Source: an uncultured SAR86 cluster bacterium (GTDB taxonomy: Bacteria; Pseudomonadota; Gammaproteobacteria; Magnimaribacterales; D2472). Taken from it: a stretch of DNA of 64,000 bases. Under the pieces are notes generated by a model, which was not told the DNA's origin, did not search any database, and saw only the letters and a program-made list of their open reading frames with translations. The translations under genes and the position numbers were made by a program. Below, in pieces: positions 19,045 to 29,393 of the stretch (positions within the stretch are counted from its first letter, which is position 1; each line of letters begins with the position of its first letter). The stretch lies in NCBI GenBank assembly GCA_902628085.1, contig CACOLO010000003.1, positions 1,476 through 65,475 of the forward strand, in the 5' to 3' direction.

Positions 19045-20910
19045 TTGAAAATTTTTAAAGAGATCCCTTCTCAAAAACCTAAAACACCATTACTGGATAA
19101 AGTTAATGATCCATCAGACTTAAGATCTTTTTCAATTAACGAACTTCGCATTTTATCAGATGAGCTTAGGGAATATTTGCTTTATTCAGTTGGACAAAGT
19201 GGTGGACATTTAGGTGGTGGTCTAGGTGTGGTTGAACTAACAGTTGTACTTCATTATCTTTTAAATACGCCATTCGATAATTTAGTATGGGATGTTGGTC
19301 ACCAAGCATATCCCCATAAAATTCTTACAGGTAGAAAAAATCAAATACAGACTATCCGAAAAAAAGGTGGGCTCGCGCCCTTTCCTTCAATTTCAGAGAG
19401 TAAATATGACTCATTTGGAGTTGGGCACTCAAGCACATCCATAAGTGCACTTCTGGGCATGGCAGTAGCCTCTCAGGCAGAATCAGAGAAAAAAAATGTT
19501 GCAGTTATTGGTGATGGAGCAATGACAGCCGGAATGGCATTTGAAGCACTGAGTCATACAGGACACATTAAGCCAAATGTTTTGATAATTCTAAATGATA
19601 ATGATATGTCAATATCTGAGAATGTTGGAGGATTGTCTAATTATTTTTCAAGAATCTGGGCATCTAAAACTTACAAAGGAATAAAAAAAAGTGGAGCAAG
19701 TTTTCTAAAGCCATTACCACAGGCATATCATCTTGCCAGAAAAGTTGAAACACAAATGAAAGCTATGGTTGCCCCTGGAACTATTTTTGAAGAATTAGGT
19801 CTCAATTATATTGGACCAATTGATGGACATAATATAAAAGAACTTCACGATGTTATTTCCAATCTCATGGAATTTGAAGGTCCTCAGTTTCTTCATGTTA
19901 TTACAAAAAAAGGTGCTGGACTTGATCCTGCTGAAGCAGATAGGATAGGTTTTCATGCTATAGGTAAAATCAATTCAATTAAACAAAAGTCTTCGAAAGC
20001 AAAAAAATATCAAGATATTTTTAGTGATTGGATTAATGACATGGCAGCTAAAGATGAAGATCTTATTGCGATTACGCCTGCTATGAGAGAAGGATCTGGG
20101 TTAGTCACTTTTAGTAAAAATTATCCTGATAGATATTATGATGTGGCAATTGCTGAACAACATGCCGTTACATTCGGAGCAGGTCTTGCTATTGGTGGGA
20201 AAAAACCAGTAGTTGCTATCTACTCAACATTTCTTCAAAGAGCTTATGATCAGCTTATTCATGACGTAGCTGTTCAAAATTTAAATGTTACTTTTGCTCT
20301 CGATAGATCTGGGCTGGTTGGAGAAGACGGACCTACTCACTCTGGAAATTATGATATTGCATATTTAAGATGTATACCAAATATGGTTGTCTGTACTCCG
20401 GCAGACGAAAATGAAACAAGATTAATGCTTTCAACAGGATTTAACTATAGAGGACCTGCTTCAATTAGATATCCAAGAGGAGTTGGTCCCGAAGTTAAAG
20501 TAGATAAGAAACTAGATACAGTTGAAATTGGTAAAGCTAGACTAATTAATGAAGCAGGAAAAGATAAAGTCATTCTTAACTTTGGATCTCTACTACATAT
20601 AGCAAGGGAAATATCAAAAAAATTTAAATTTACTCTTATTGATATGAGATTCGTGAAGCCGCTAGATGAACAAATTCTAAACCAATATCTTAAAAAAGCT
20701 GATCTATTTATATCTATAGAAGATGGATCGATTATGGGTGGCGCTGGAAGCGCTGTTCAAGAATTCTGTTCAAAAAATAATATCAATATTGAGTCTGAGC
20801 TTTTTGGTATACCTGACGAATTTATTGAACATGCATCAAGAGAAGAAATGCTAAATGATGCTGGGTTATCTGTAGATAAAATAAGCTCTAGGTTAAAAGA
20901 GTTAATATAA
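19045..20910 (+). CDS. dxs: 1-deoxy-D-xylulose-5-phosphate synthase
   Basis: 621 aa, TTG start. Contains GGHLGGGLGVVELT, the ThDP motif GDGAMTAGMAFEAL and DRSGLVGEDGPTH. Confidence 0.95.
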   Translation: MKIFKEIPSQKPKTPLLDKVNDPSDLRSFSINELRILSDELREYLLYSVGQSGGHLGGGLGVVELTVVLHYLLNTPFDNLVWDVGHQAYPHKILTGRKNQIQTIRKKGGLAPFPSISESKYDSFGVGHSSTSISALLGMAVASQAESEKKNVAVIGDGAMTAGMAFEALSHTGHIKPNVLIILNDNDMSISENVGGLSNYFSRIWASKTYKGIKKSGASFLKPLPQAYHLARKVETQMKAMVAPGTIFEELGLNYIGPIDGHNIKELHDVISNLMEFEGPQFLHVITKKGAGLDPAEADRIGFHAIGKINSIKQKSSKAKKYQDIFSDWINDMAAKDEDLIAITPAMREGSGLVTFSKNYPDRYYDVAIAEQHAVTFGAGLAIGGKKPVVAIYSTFLQRAYDQLIHDVAVQNLNVTFALDRSGLVGEDGPTHSGNYDIAYLRCIPNMVVCTPADENETRLMLSTGFNYRGPASIRYPRGVGPEVKVDKKLDTVEIGKARLINEAGKDKVILNFGSLLHIAREISKKFKFTLIDMRFVKPLDEQILNQYLKKADLFISIEDGSIMGGAGSAVQEFCSKNNINIESELFGIPDEFIEHASREEMLNDAGLSVDKISSRLKELI

Positions 20911-21373
20911 TATACGAAGGTATCATAGCCATTACACCTGCAATTAGATCATCTATCACTATACCTGTACCATTTTTGAAATTTTCATCAAAGTATGAAA
21001 CTGGAAATGGTTTGAATATATCAAATATTCTGAAGAATAATAAAGCAGCAATCGCATAAATAATTCTTTCTTTTTGAGTATCAGCCAGATAGAGAACTGG
21101 CAACAAGGCAATCCATATTCCAATCAGTTCATCTATCACAATTGACCTATGATCTTTATGAGTCAAGTTTACAGAAGCCTTGTCACATATCCAAATAGAA
21201 AGAAAAATTCCTATCAACGTTACATAAAACATATTTACGAAATGGGATAAGAATATAAATATCAGCCATGAGAAAATACTGCCAAAAGTCCCAGGAGCAA
21301 ATGGAATTTTTCCAATTCCGCCAAGTGTTGCCAAAAAGTGGAAAGGATTTTTTAGATTTGGAAAGTCATCCAT
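20888..21373 (-). CDS. pgpA: Phosphatidylglycerophosphatase A
   Basis: 161 aa polytopic protein with GGIGKIPFAPGTFGS and VIDELIG blocks. Its 3' end overlaps the convergent dxs 3' end by 23 nt. Confidence 0.85.
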   Translation of the reverse strand: MDDFPNLKNPFHFLATLGGIGKIPFAPGTFGSIFSWLIFIFLSHFVNMFYVTLIGIFLSIWICDKASVNLTHKDHRSIVIDELIGIWIALLPVLYLADTQKERIIYAIAALLFFRIFDIFKPFPVSYFDENFKNGTGIVIDDLIAGVMAMIPSYIILTLLT

Positions 21374-22448
21374 TATTTATAATTGTAACAATTTTCTTTG
21401 CAATAGAAGGTGCTGTTGTCCATTTTCCTCCAAAAACACATATTAATTTTTCATTTTGATCTATATAAAAATCTCTTGATGAATTATGAAAATTTTTTTT
21501 ATTTGATTTAATTAAAGGTCTTACTCCAGAGTAGTTATACAAAATATTTTCTGAAGATATTTGTTCTGAGAAAAAAGAGTTATAACTTTGAATTAAGTAG
21601 TCTTTTTCATCTTCATCAATGATTGGGGTATCAGGAGTATCTGTTCTTTTTTCTGTGGTCCCTAAAAGGGTGTGATTTTTATAAGGAAGTGCAAAAATAT
21701 ATCTCTTCTTGCATATTGCCTCAAACATATATGCTCTTTTAATTTTTCTATCTATCACCAAATGACTTCCTTTGATAAGATCAATGTCTTTGTCAGTTTT
21801 TAAATTATTTTTATCCAATAAAATCTTGTTCCATGGTCCTGATGCCAAAATGACGTTATCAAAATTAAAATTATTTACTGCACCAGATAGGTTAAAGTCA
21901 TTCACTTCATAATTTTCATAAATTTCAACGTCTAATTGACTTAATTCATCCTTCAATTTTTCTGACAATAGTTCATCATCCATATATCCATCTATGAATG
22001 ATAGGAAGTTTAAAAAATTCATTTCTTGGTTTTTCTCAAGATTCCTGCCTCCAAAAATAATTTTTCCAGTACCCAATTTTTTTTTAAAAGACAAAAATTC
22101 ATAAATTTTTATACCAATGAAATATTTTATAAAGTTTGTGCTAAAAATATTTTTAAAAGGTATAAATATTTCAATTGCAGATGTATTATTTGGAAAATTT
22201 TTAAGCCACCAATGTCTATCATTAAGTCCATTTCTAACCTCTTTTATTTGAAGATTTTCTAGGTACCTTATGCCTCCATGGAGAAGTTTTGTTGTACTCG
22301 AACTTGTTTCACTTAATAACTTATTTTTATCAAATATTGTTACTTTATTTCCAGCTCTCGCCAAAAAAATTGCAGTAATAACCCCTGTTATACCACCACC
22401 AATTATTCCAATTTTTTTATTTGAAAGAATCCCAGCCATCTTTTTCAA
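21366..22448 (-). CDS. FAD-dependent oxidoreductase with a GlpD-like N-terminus; short form lacking a GlpD C-terminal domain
   Basis: Dinucleotide fold IGIIGGGITGVITAIFLARAG followed by ETSSSTTKLLHGGIRYLE. GlpD-type enzymes carry TS.SSKLIHGGLRYLE at this position. Only 360 aa. Confidence 0.65.
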   Translation of the reverse strand: MKKMAGILSNKKIGIIGGGITGVITAIFLARAGNKVTIFDKNKLLSETSSSTTKLLHGGIRYLENLQIKEVRNGLNDRHWWLKNFPNNTSAIEIFIPFKNIFSTNFIKYFIGIKIYEFLSFKKKLGTGKIIFGGRNLEKNQEMNFLNFLSFIDGYMDDELLSEKLKDELSQLDVEIYENYEVNDFNLSGAVNNFNFDNVILASGPWNKILLDKNNLKTDKDIDLIKGSHLVIDRKIKRAYMFEAICKKRYIFALPYKNHTLLGTTEKRTDTPDTPIIDEDEKDYLIQSYNSFFSEQISSENILYNYSGVRPLIKSNKKNFHNSSRDFYIDQNEKLICVFGGKWTTAPSIAKKIVTIINNG

Positions 22449-23310
22449 GCTTCACTTCATTATTTGCATTTAATAAAGTAATTTCTTTATCTGAAGTTAT
22501 TTCTCCAATACAAAAATAATCATCTTTATTAAGTTGTTTTATGTTTTTATCTGATGTCGTGAAACACAACTCAAAATCGTCTCCATATGACAAATCATCA
22601 ATACCTCGTAATTTTGGTATATCTTCATATATTATTTTTGCTCCAACTTGAGACATGCGACAAATACTAGTCAAATCTTTAATAAGCCCATCAGAAATAT
22701 CGACACAAGATGATGCAAAAGAAGAGATATGTTTACTTTTCTTGAATTGAGGAGTTGGTTTTTTAAACTTTTCAAGTGAAATAGAATCATTTTTTCTTTT
22801 GAAATCTTCCAATCCTTTTTGACCATGTCCTAGTTGACCAGTTATAAAAATTTTGTCACCTTGTTTTGCACCTGATCTGAGTAAAGGTTTATCAAATAAA
22901 TAACCAAATACATTTACGCAAACACTAAGCTCCCCATATGTTATATCTCCTCCAACAAGTGAAAAATTAAATTCATTCATCGACTCCTCAACTCCTTTTG
23001 AGAATCTGTCATACCATTCAATCTTTTTTTCATCACAAGTAAGGCCAATGGTGATGAAGGATGGATATGCTCCCATTGCGGCAAGGTCGCTCAATGCAAT
23101 TGCAATTGAACGATATGCAATATCATTTGGTAAGAAATTTCTTGGGAAATGTGAATTAATCTTTGAAATATCAACTGAGTGAACAAGACATTTATCTTTT
23201 ATATTGATGACTGCAGCGTCATCACCAGATCCAATAATTATTGATTCGTCAGCATCTGATCTCTTAACCAGATGCTGAAATGTCTTAAGTATATCTGTTT
23301 CAGATATCAA
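22417..23310 (-). CDS. thiL: Thiamine-monophosphate kinase
   Basis: AIR-synthase-like fold. Contains GSGDDAAV, a DLAAMGA block and GGDIT. Confidence 0.85.
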   Translation of the reverse strand: MISETDILKTFQHLVKRSDADESIIIGSGDDAAVINIKDKCLVHSVDISKINSHFPRNFLPNDIAYRSIAIALSDLAAMGAYPSFITIGLTCDEKKIEWYDRFSKGVEESMNEFNFSLVGGDITYGELSVCVNVFGYLFDKPLLRSGAKQGDKIFITGQLGHGQKGLEDFKRKNDSISLEKFKKPTPQFKKSKHISSFASSCVDISDGLIKDLTSICRMSQVGAKIIYEDIPKLRGIDDLSYGDDFELCFTTSDKNIKQLNKDDYFCIGEITSDKEITLLNANNEVKLEKDGWDSFK

Positions 23311-24494
23311 GAAGGATATCTTTCAAATAAGCCACTTGCTCCCATGCCGCCACCAACACACATTGTAACAACACCAAATTGTTTATCCATGTTGTTTAGT
23401 TGTCGCGCAATATGGCCAACTTGACGAGAACCGGTCATACCGAAAGGATGTCCGATTGATATTGAACCACCATCAAGATTTAATTTATCCATTGGTATAC
23501 CAAGTTTATCTCTGCAATAAACCACTTGGACAGCAAATGCTTCGTTAAGCTCCCAAATATCTATGTCCTCAACAGACATATTATAATTCTTTAAAAGTTT
23601 TGGAACTGAATAGACAGGACCTATTCCCATTTCATCTGGTTCACATCCCATAGTTGTAAATCCACGAAAATAAGCTAATGGCTTTAATCCTAATTCCTTT
23701 GCTTTATCCTCAGACATAACTAAAGTTACAGAAGCACCATCAGAGAGTTGTGATGAATTTCCAGCAGTAACTGAACCGTTTTCAGGATCAAAGACAGGTT
23801 TTAATGAAGCTAATCCCTCAAGAGTTGTCTCAGGCCTATTGCATTCATCTTTATCGACTGTATATTCAACTTCCTTTGAATCTCCAGTCTCTTTGTTTGT
23901 AAGTAACATTTTTGTTTCCATTGGAATAATTTCATCATCATAAGCACCAGACTGTTGAGCAGCAGCAGTTCTCATTTGACTTTCAAATGCATACTCATCT
24001 TGAGCTTCTCTTGAAACATCATATCTTTTAGCAACAACTTCGGCGGTCATACCCATTGGAAAATATATTCCAGGAACCTCTTCTGCTAATCTTTCGTTAA
24101 CAAAATTATCCATGTTCATATTCATCATCGAAATGGTTTCTGCGCCTCCTGCAATTACAGTATCGTAGCAACCAGCCATAATTTGACTTGCCGCCATCGA
24201 AATTGACTGCATTCCAGATGAGCAATATCTATTTACAGTTGTGCCACCAGTTGTCATAGGAAGTTTGGATAATACAGCTGCATTTCTTCCAATATTATGG
24301 CCCTGAGCTCCCTCAGGATTACCGCAACCCATGATAATATCTTCAACTGCCTCTGGAGGCATATCAGGATTTCTATCTAACATTGCATCAATTATGTGAG
24401 CTAGCATCTCGTCAGGTCTGGTCATGTTAAACCCACCTCTGTGTGACTTTGCTAAGCCTGTTCTGACACTATCAACTATTACTACGTTTCTCAT
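23307..24494 (-). CDS. Acetyl-CoA C-acyltransferase (thiolase)
   Basis: 395 aa. Active-site Cys block VNRYCSSGMQS, NEAFA, GHPFGMTG and C-terminal CVGGGMGAS. Confidence 0.9.
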   Translation of the reverse strand: MRNVVIVDSVRTGLAKSHRGGFNMTRPDEMLAHIIDAMLDRNPDMPPEAVEDIIMGCGNPEGAQGHNIGRNAAVLSKLPMTTGGTTVNRYCSSGMQSISMAASQIMAGCYDTVIAGGAETISMMNMNMDNFVNERLAEEVPGIYFPMGMTAEVVAKRYDVSREAQDEYAFESQMRTAAAQQSGAYDDEIIPMETKMLLTNKETGDSKEVEYTVDKDECNRPETTLEGLASLKPVFDPENGSVTAGNSSQLSDGASVTLVMSEDKAKELGLKPLAYFRGFTTMGCEPDEMGIGPVYSVPKLLKNYNMSVEDIDIWELNEAFAVQVVYCRDKLGIPMDKLNLDGGSISIGHPFGMTGSRQVGHIARQLNNMDKQFGVVTMCVGGGMGASGLFERYPS

Positions 24495-24516
24495 AAGTTC
24501 TCCAAAAAAGTCATAA

Positions 24517-24837
24517 CTATTCTAGTTCATCTTTATCTTTACTTAAAGCTTTATACCAATCTGGAATCAATTCAATATCAAATTCTTTTGCTTTTTTTAA
24601 AACATAAGGAATGGATATAGGACTGAATGGTAATACTACTAAAATACCAAGCCCTAAACTTCTTAAGACTTGTTTTAATTGATAATTAGCTTCCTCAATA
24701 TCTTTATCACTAGCTTTTCCATCAATATAATTAACGTAAGTATCTAGCATTCTCCTATTTTCTTCAGTCTCATCAAGAAAAGAATCTTTTAGTTTAAGTA
24801 AATATTTTTGAATTTTGTCTGTATTCATTAATTGCAA
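24517..24837 (-). CDS. Small hypothetical protein with one hydrophobic hairpin (LETM1-like LPF...IP motif)
   Basis: 106 aa. An amphipathic acidic N-terminal half is followed by LGLGILVVLPFSPISIPYVLKK. The family assignment is pattern resemblance only. Confidence 0.5.
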   Translation of the reverse strand: MQLMNTDKIQKYLLKLKDSFLDETEENRRMLDTYVNYIDGKASDKDIEEANYQLKQVLRSLGLGILVVLPFSPISIPYVLKKAKEFDIELIPDWYKALSKDKDELE

Positions 24838-24860
24838 AATATTATGCTACATTTATTAAA

Positions 24861-25514
24861 ATGAAGAAATCTGAGAGAGCATTTATTATAAAAAGGATAC
24901 TTGATAAAAAATATCCAAAAACACCAATTCCACTTGATCATTTTGATAATTACTCATTATTGATTGCAGTTCTTTTATCAGCTCAGTGTACAGATGAAAG
25001 AGTAAATCAAATCACTCCAATTCTTTTTTCAAAAGCCTCAACTCCGTTTGAAATGTCTAAGCTCACTGAAAAAAAAATATATAACATAATAAGACCGTGT
25101 GGTTTAGGACCAAAAAAATCTAAAGCAATAAAAGAGTTATCTAAGATTATTATCGATAGGCACGACGGACAAATACCGAATAATTTTAATGATTTGGAAA
25201 AACTACCCGGAGTTGGTCACAAAACAGCTTCAGTTGTAATGAGCCAAGGATTTGGTGTACCTGCATTTGCAGTTGATACACACATTCATAGATTGGCACA
25301 AAGATGGGGTCTTACCAATGGAAAAAGTGTAAAAAAAACTGAAGAAGATTTAAAAAAAATATTTCCAAAATCTTCTTGGAATAAGTTACATCTTCAAATA
25401 ATTTTTTGGGGTAGAGAATATTGTCAGGCAAGAGAGTGTTATGGAAAGGAATGCGATATATGTAAAACATGTTATCCTAATAGAGTTAAACCTTTTATCC
25501 ACAAAAAACCTTAG
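24861..25514 (+). CDS. nth: Endonuclease III family DNA glycosylase/AP lyase
   Basis: Contains LLIAVLLSAQCTDERVN, the HhH LPGVGHKTASVV, DTHIHRLA and a C-terminal Cys cluster. Confidence 0.88.
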   Translation: MKKSERAFIIKRILDKKYPKTPIPLDHFDNYSLLIAVLLSAQCTDERVNQITPILFSKASTPFEMSKLTEKKIYNIIRPCGLGPKKSKAIKELSKIIIDRHDGQIPNNFNDLEKLPGVGHKTASVVMSQGFGVPAFAVDTHIHRLAQRWGLTNGKSVKKTEEDLKKIFPKSSWNKLHLQIIFWGREYCQARECYGKECDICKTCYPNRVKPFIHKKP

Positions 25515-25550
25515 TTAGGATAAAATTACAATCCAATAAAATTTAAATTT

Positions 25551-26831
25551 ATGAAATCATCTAAAAGCGATAATATATTTTCTAATATTTCTTCTATCAA
25601 AGAATACGATAGAGATTTGTGGACATCTTTTGAAAATGAGGCGCAAAGACAAGAAGACCATATTGAGTTAATTGCATCAGAAAATTACGCTTCAAAAAGA
25701 ATACTTGAGGCTCAAGGTTCATTGTTAACAAATAAGTATGCTGAGGGCTACCCTTCAAAAAGATATTATGGAGGATGTGAATTTGTTGATGTTGCAGAGA
25801 ATCTTGCAATAGAGAGAGCTAAACAACTATTTGATGCAGATTATGCAAATGTTCAACCACATTCTGGATCTTCTGCAAATGCGGCTGCATTTTTAGCTCT
25901 TTTAGAACCAAATGACACTATCTTGGGCATGAGTCTCGATCACGGAGGTCACCTTACACATGGTTCTAAAGTGAATTTTTCTGGACGAAACTACAAAAGC
26001 ATTCAGTACGGCCTGCATCCTGAAACTAATGATATAAATTATGATGAAGTGCTTTCTTTGGCAAAAGAGCATAAACCAAAACTTATTATCGCTGGTTTTT
26101 CAGCATTTTCAGGCATCGTAGATTGGAAAAAATTTAGAGAAATAGCTGATGAAGTTGGTGCATATTTTCTTGTAGATATGGCTCATGTATCTGGTTTGGT
26201 TGCAGCAAAACTTTATCCATCACCAGTTCCGTACGCTGACGTTGTAACATCAACCACTCATAAAACTCTTAGAGGACCAAGATCTGGAATAATTCTTGCA
26301 AAAGAGAATGAAGAAATCGAAAAAAAACTTAATTCAGCAGTCTTTCCTGGTTCTCAAGGAGGTCCATTAATGCATGTAATAGCGGCAAAGGCCCTCTGTT
26401 TTAAAGAAGCTTTGGAACCAGATTTTAAAAATTATATTCAAGACGTCATGGATAACGCAAAATTAATGGCAACAACAATTATGTCAAGAGATATCAATGT
26501 TGTTTCCAATGGAACAGAAAATCATATTGTTCTTGTAGATTTAAGGAGTAAAAACATCACTGGAAAAGATCTTGAAAAGGTTCTTGGATCTGTAAACATC
26601 ACTGTTAATAAAAATTCAGTTCCAAATGATACTGCTTCTCCTTTTATCACTTCAGGAATAAGAATTGGAACACCAGCAATAACAACAAGAGGGTTTGGTA
26701 AAAAGGAAGTTGTTCAAGTAGCAAATTGGATTGCAGATATCATCGAAAATATCAATGATGAGTCAGTTCATGAGAAAGTTAAAAGTGAGGTAAGTTCTTT
26801 AACGTCAGAATATCCAGTATACAGGTTATAA
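25551..26831 (+). CDS. glyA: Serine hydroxymethyltransferase
   Basis: 426 aa. Contains ELIASENY and the PLP-lysine block [14 protein letters not shown]. Confidence 0.96.
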   Translation: MKSSKSDNIFSNISSIKEYDRDLWTSFENEAQRQEDHIELIASENYASKRILEAQGSLLTNKYAEGYPSKRYYGGCEFVDVAENLAIERAKQLFDADYANVQPHSGSSANAAAFLALLEPNDTILGMSLDHGGHLTHGSKVNFSGRNYKSIQYGLHPETNDINYDEVLSLAKEHKPKLIIAGFSAFSGIVDWKKFREIADEVGAYFLVDMAHVSGLVAAKLYPSPVPYADVVTSTTHKTLRGPRSGIILAKENEEIEKKLNSAVFPGSQGGPLMHVIAAKALCFKEALEPDFKNYIQDVMDNAKLMATTIMSRDINVVSNGTENHIVLVDLRSKNITGKDLEKVLGSVNITVNKNSVPNDTASPFITSGIRIGTPAITTRGFGKKEVVQVANWIADIIENINDESVHEKVKSEVSSLTSEYPVYRL

Positions 26832-27311
26832 ATGTATTGCCCTTTCTGTCAAGCTGAAGATACAAAAGTCATTGACTCAAGATTGGTTGCAGATGGTTCT
26901 CAAATAAGAAGAAGAAGAGAGTGTGAAGTATGTCACTCTAGATTTACAACATTTGAAACTATTGATTTAGCTCTTCCTAGAGTAATAAAGAGCAATGGTG
27001 AAAGACAGCCCTTCAATGGATCTAAACTAAAAGCTGGAATGCTAAGAGCGCTTGAAAAAAGACCACTCTCGACAGAAGAAATAGATACTATTTTTGGAAA
27101 AATACTAAAAGAAATTAGAACAAAAGGTGTTCGAGAGATTAAATCAATTGAAATAGGCAAAATTATGATGAATGCCTTAAAAGAAGTTGATACTGTGGCA
27201 TATGTGAGATTTGCATCTGTATATAGAGATTTTCAAGATATTGCAGATTTTTCAGAGGAAATAAACTCCCTTAATAAAGAAAAACCTTCTAACAAAAAAT
27301 CTAAGAAATGA
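26832..27311 (+). CDS. nrdR: Transcriptional repressor NrdR
   Basis: MYCPFCQ...C.VC zinc ribbon plus an ATP-cone. It starts on the nucleotide after the glyA stop. Confidence 0.93.
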   Translation: MYCPFCQAEDTKVIDSRLVADGSQIRRRRECEVCHSRFTTFETIDLALPRVIKSNGERQPFNGSKLKAGMLRALEKRPLSTEEIDTIFGKILKEIRTKGVREIKSIEIGKIMMNALKEVDTVAYVRFASVYRDFQDIADFSEEINSLNKEKPSNKKSKK

Positions 27312-28327
27312 ATTATGAGAAATTGATGCTTCGAGCTATATCGAATGCTAATTTTTATAAATTTACTGCAAAACCTAATCCAGTCGTTGGGGCAATCTTA
27401 GTCAAAGGTGAAGAGATTATATCAGAAGGCTATCACGAAAAATTTGGCCAAAATCATGCTGAGATAAATGCGATTAATTTAGCAAAGAAAAAAATTAATA
27501 AAAATTTTAATGATTTTTCAGAACTTGTTTTAATTTGTACACTCGAGCCTTGCAGCCATATTGGAAAAACAGGCTCATGTGCTCATGCAATAGTAGATTC
27601 AGGTATAAAAAAAGTTATTATTGGTTCGATAGATCCCAATCCTCTAGTCTCAGGCAAAGGAGTTGAGATACTCGAAGATGCAGGAATTAAAGTTGAAAAA
27701 AATCTTTGTGCTGAACTAGTAAGAAAACAAAATAAGTATTTTTTCTTTAAACAAACTTTCAACAGACCCTATTTAACTGTGAAAATTGCTTCATCGTCTG
27801 ATGGAAAATCTCATTACAAAGATAACGAAAGAACATATATCACTTCAGATGTATCGAGAAATGATGTTCAAATTTTAAGAGCAGAGCATGATGGTATTCT
27901 TACAGGTGGAAATACTCTTCGAAATGATAATCCACAAATGAATGCCAGAGTTAATTTCGATACTAATCAACCTCAAAAAATCTTGTTATCAAATCAAGAT
28001 ATAAATGAAGATGAGTTTAAGTTTTTTAAGAATAATAGTGCAAACATCCACTCAAATCTAAGTTTAGATGAAGTGATAGAATTTTATAAAAATTCAGATT
28101 TATGCTCTATTCTGATTGAGGCAGGACCAGATTTAGTAAATGCTTTTTTAAAAACAGGAAAAGTTGATGAAATTGTGATTTATACATCTAACAAAATACT
28201 AGGAGATGAAGGAGTTGACTGGTTTAAAGAAAAAAATGCTATTGAAAACTATGGATTTAAATTAGAATCCTCCTATAAAATTGGCGACGATGTAAAAGAA
28301 ACATTTATAAAAAATGAAAAAAAGTAG
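27308..28327 (+). CDS. ribD: Bifunctional riboflavin-biosynthesis deaminase/reductase
   Basis: Deaminase zinc motifs HAEINA and [14 protein letters not shown], plus a C-terminal reductase domain. Confidence 0.9.
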   Translation: MNYEKLMLRAISNANFYKFTAKPNPVVGAILVKGEEIISEGYHEKFGQNHAEINAINLAKKKINKNFNDFSELVLICTLEPCSHIGKTGSCAHAIVDSGIKKVIIGSIDPNPLVSGKGVEILEDAGIKVEKNLCAELVRKQNKYFFFKQTFNRPYLTVKIASSSDGKSHYKDNERTYITSDVSRNDVQILRAEHDGILTGGNTLRNDNPQMNARVNFDTNQPQKILLSNQDINEDEFKFFKNNSANIHSNLSLDEVIEFYKNSDLCSILIEAGPDLVNAFLKTGKVDEIVIYTSNKILGDEGVDWFKEKNAIENYGFKLESSYKIGDDVKETFIKNEKK

Positions 28328-29393
28328 TATTACAGAAATTATTGATGATATCAGAGATGGCAAAATGGTAATCATTCTTGATGACGAGTCTAGAGAGAAT
28401 GAAGGAGATCTCGTATGTGCTGCTGAAGCTGTGACACCTGAGATAATTAATTTTATGGCATCAAAAGGTAAAGGACTAATTTGTTTGCCAATGAGTAAAA
28501 GACTTTGCGATAAATTCGACCTTCAAATGATGACAAACAAAAATAGAGCTGCTAACAAGACAGCTTTTACAGTATCTATAGAAGCAGCAGAAGGTATTAC
28601 AACAGGTATTTCAGCAGCTGACAGAGCACACACAATCAAAACTGCAGTTAGAAAAGATTCAAAGGCATCTGATATTGTTCAACCTGGTCATATTTTCCCA
28701 TTGAAAGCAATGAAAGGTGGGGTATTGAGCAGAGCTGGTCATACTGAAGCCGCATGTGATCTCGCAAAATTAGCAGGATTTCAATCAGCAGGAGTTATAT
28801 GTGAAATCATGAATGATGATGGAACAATGGCAAGAAGAGACGACTTATTAAAATTTGGTAATGAAAATAGTATTAAAGTCGGAACAATTGCTGATCTTAT
28901 CGATTATAGGTTATCAATGGATGCAACAATTGAGTCTGTTCTAGATAAAGACATTGAAAATGAATTTGGAAAATTTAAATTAAATGTTTGGAGAGATAAA
29001 ATATATGATGAGTATCACTTCTCTCTTTCAATGGGCAATATTAATGAAGTTGAATCACCACTTGTAAGAGTTCAAACACAAAGCATTCTGCAAGACTTGT
29101 TGGGCATTGACGAATTAGGTAAAAATTGGTCAATAAGGAATTCGTTAAAAAAAATATCTGAGGAAGGCACTGGTCTTTTTGTATTAATTAACCACAGAGA
29201 TGCAAAAAGTTATTGGCTAAATAAATTAGAAGAGAAACAAATAGAGCCAAAAAGTAATAGGAGGGTAATTGGTGTCGGGTCACAAATATTGAGAGCATTA
29301 AATTTAAAAAAAATTACCGTTTTAGGAACACCAACAAAATATAATGCTGTATCTGGTTTCGATATAGAAATAACTGGTTTTAAAAATGAATAA
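28314..29393 (+). CDS. ribB: 3,4-dihydroxy-2-butanone-4-phosphate synthase fused to a degenerate GTP-cyclohydrolase-II-like domain (RibBX type)
   Basis: The N-terminal domain has [12 protein letters not shown] and AGHTEA. The C-terminal domain aligns with RibA but lacks its Cys ligands: [10 protein letters not shown] where RibA has RVHSECLTGD, and ELGKN where RibA has RCDCG. Confidence 0.88.
   Translation: MKKSSITEIIDDIRDGKMVIILDDESRENEGDLVCAAEAVTPEIINFMASKGKGLICLPMSKRLCDKFDLQMMTNKNRAANKTAFTVSIEAAEGITTGISAADRAHTIKTAVRKDSKASDIVQPGHIFPLKAMKGGVLSRAGHTEAACDLAKLAGFQSAGVICEIMNDDGTMARRDDLLKFGNENSIKVGTIADLIDYRLSMDATIESVLDKDIENEFGKFKLNVWRDKIYDEYHFSLSMGNINEVESPLVRVQTQSILQDLLGIDELGKNWSIRNSLKKISEEGTGLFVLINHRDAKSYWLNKLEEKQIEPKSNRRVIGVGSQILRALNLKKITVLGTPTKYNAVSGFDIEITGFKNE

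Noticed and set aside
25422-25472. Non-E. coli cysteine spacing in the Nth C-terminus (C-x4-C-x4-C-x2-C-x2-C instead of C-x6-C-x2-C-x5-C)
   Set aside because: The rest of the protein, including LLIAVLLSAQCTDERVN and PGVGHKTASVV, matches a known Nth subfamily in which, as I recall, this compact Cys cluster is typical. Four ligands are still available, so this is probably a family trait and not an anomaly.
25515-25550. Search for riboswitch leaders: FMN upstream of ribD/ribB, TPP near thiL, glycine/THF near glyA
   Set aside because: The upstream gaps are 36 nt (glyA) or negative (ribD, ribB and thiL overlap their neighbours), which is far too short for any known riboswitch aptamer.
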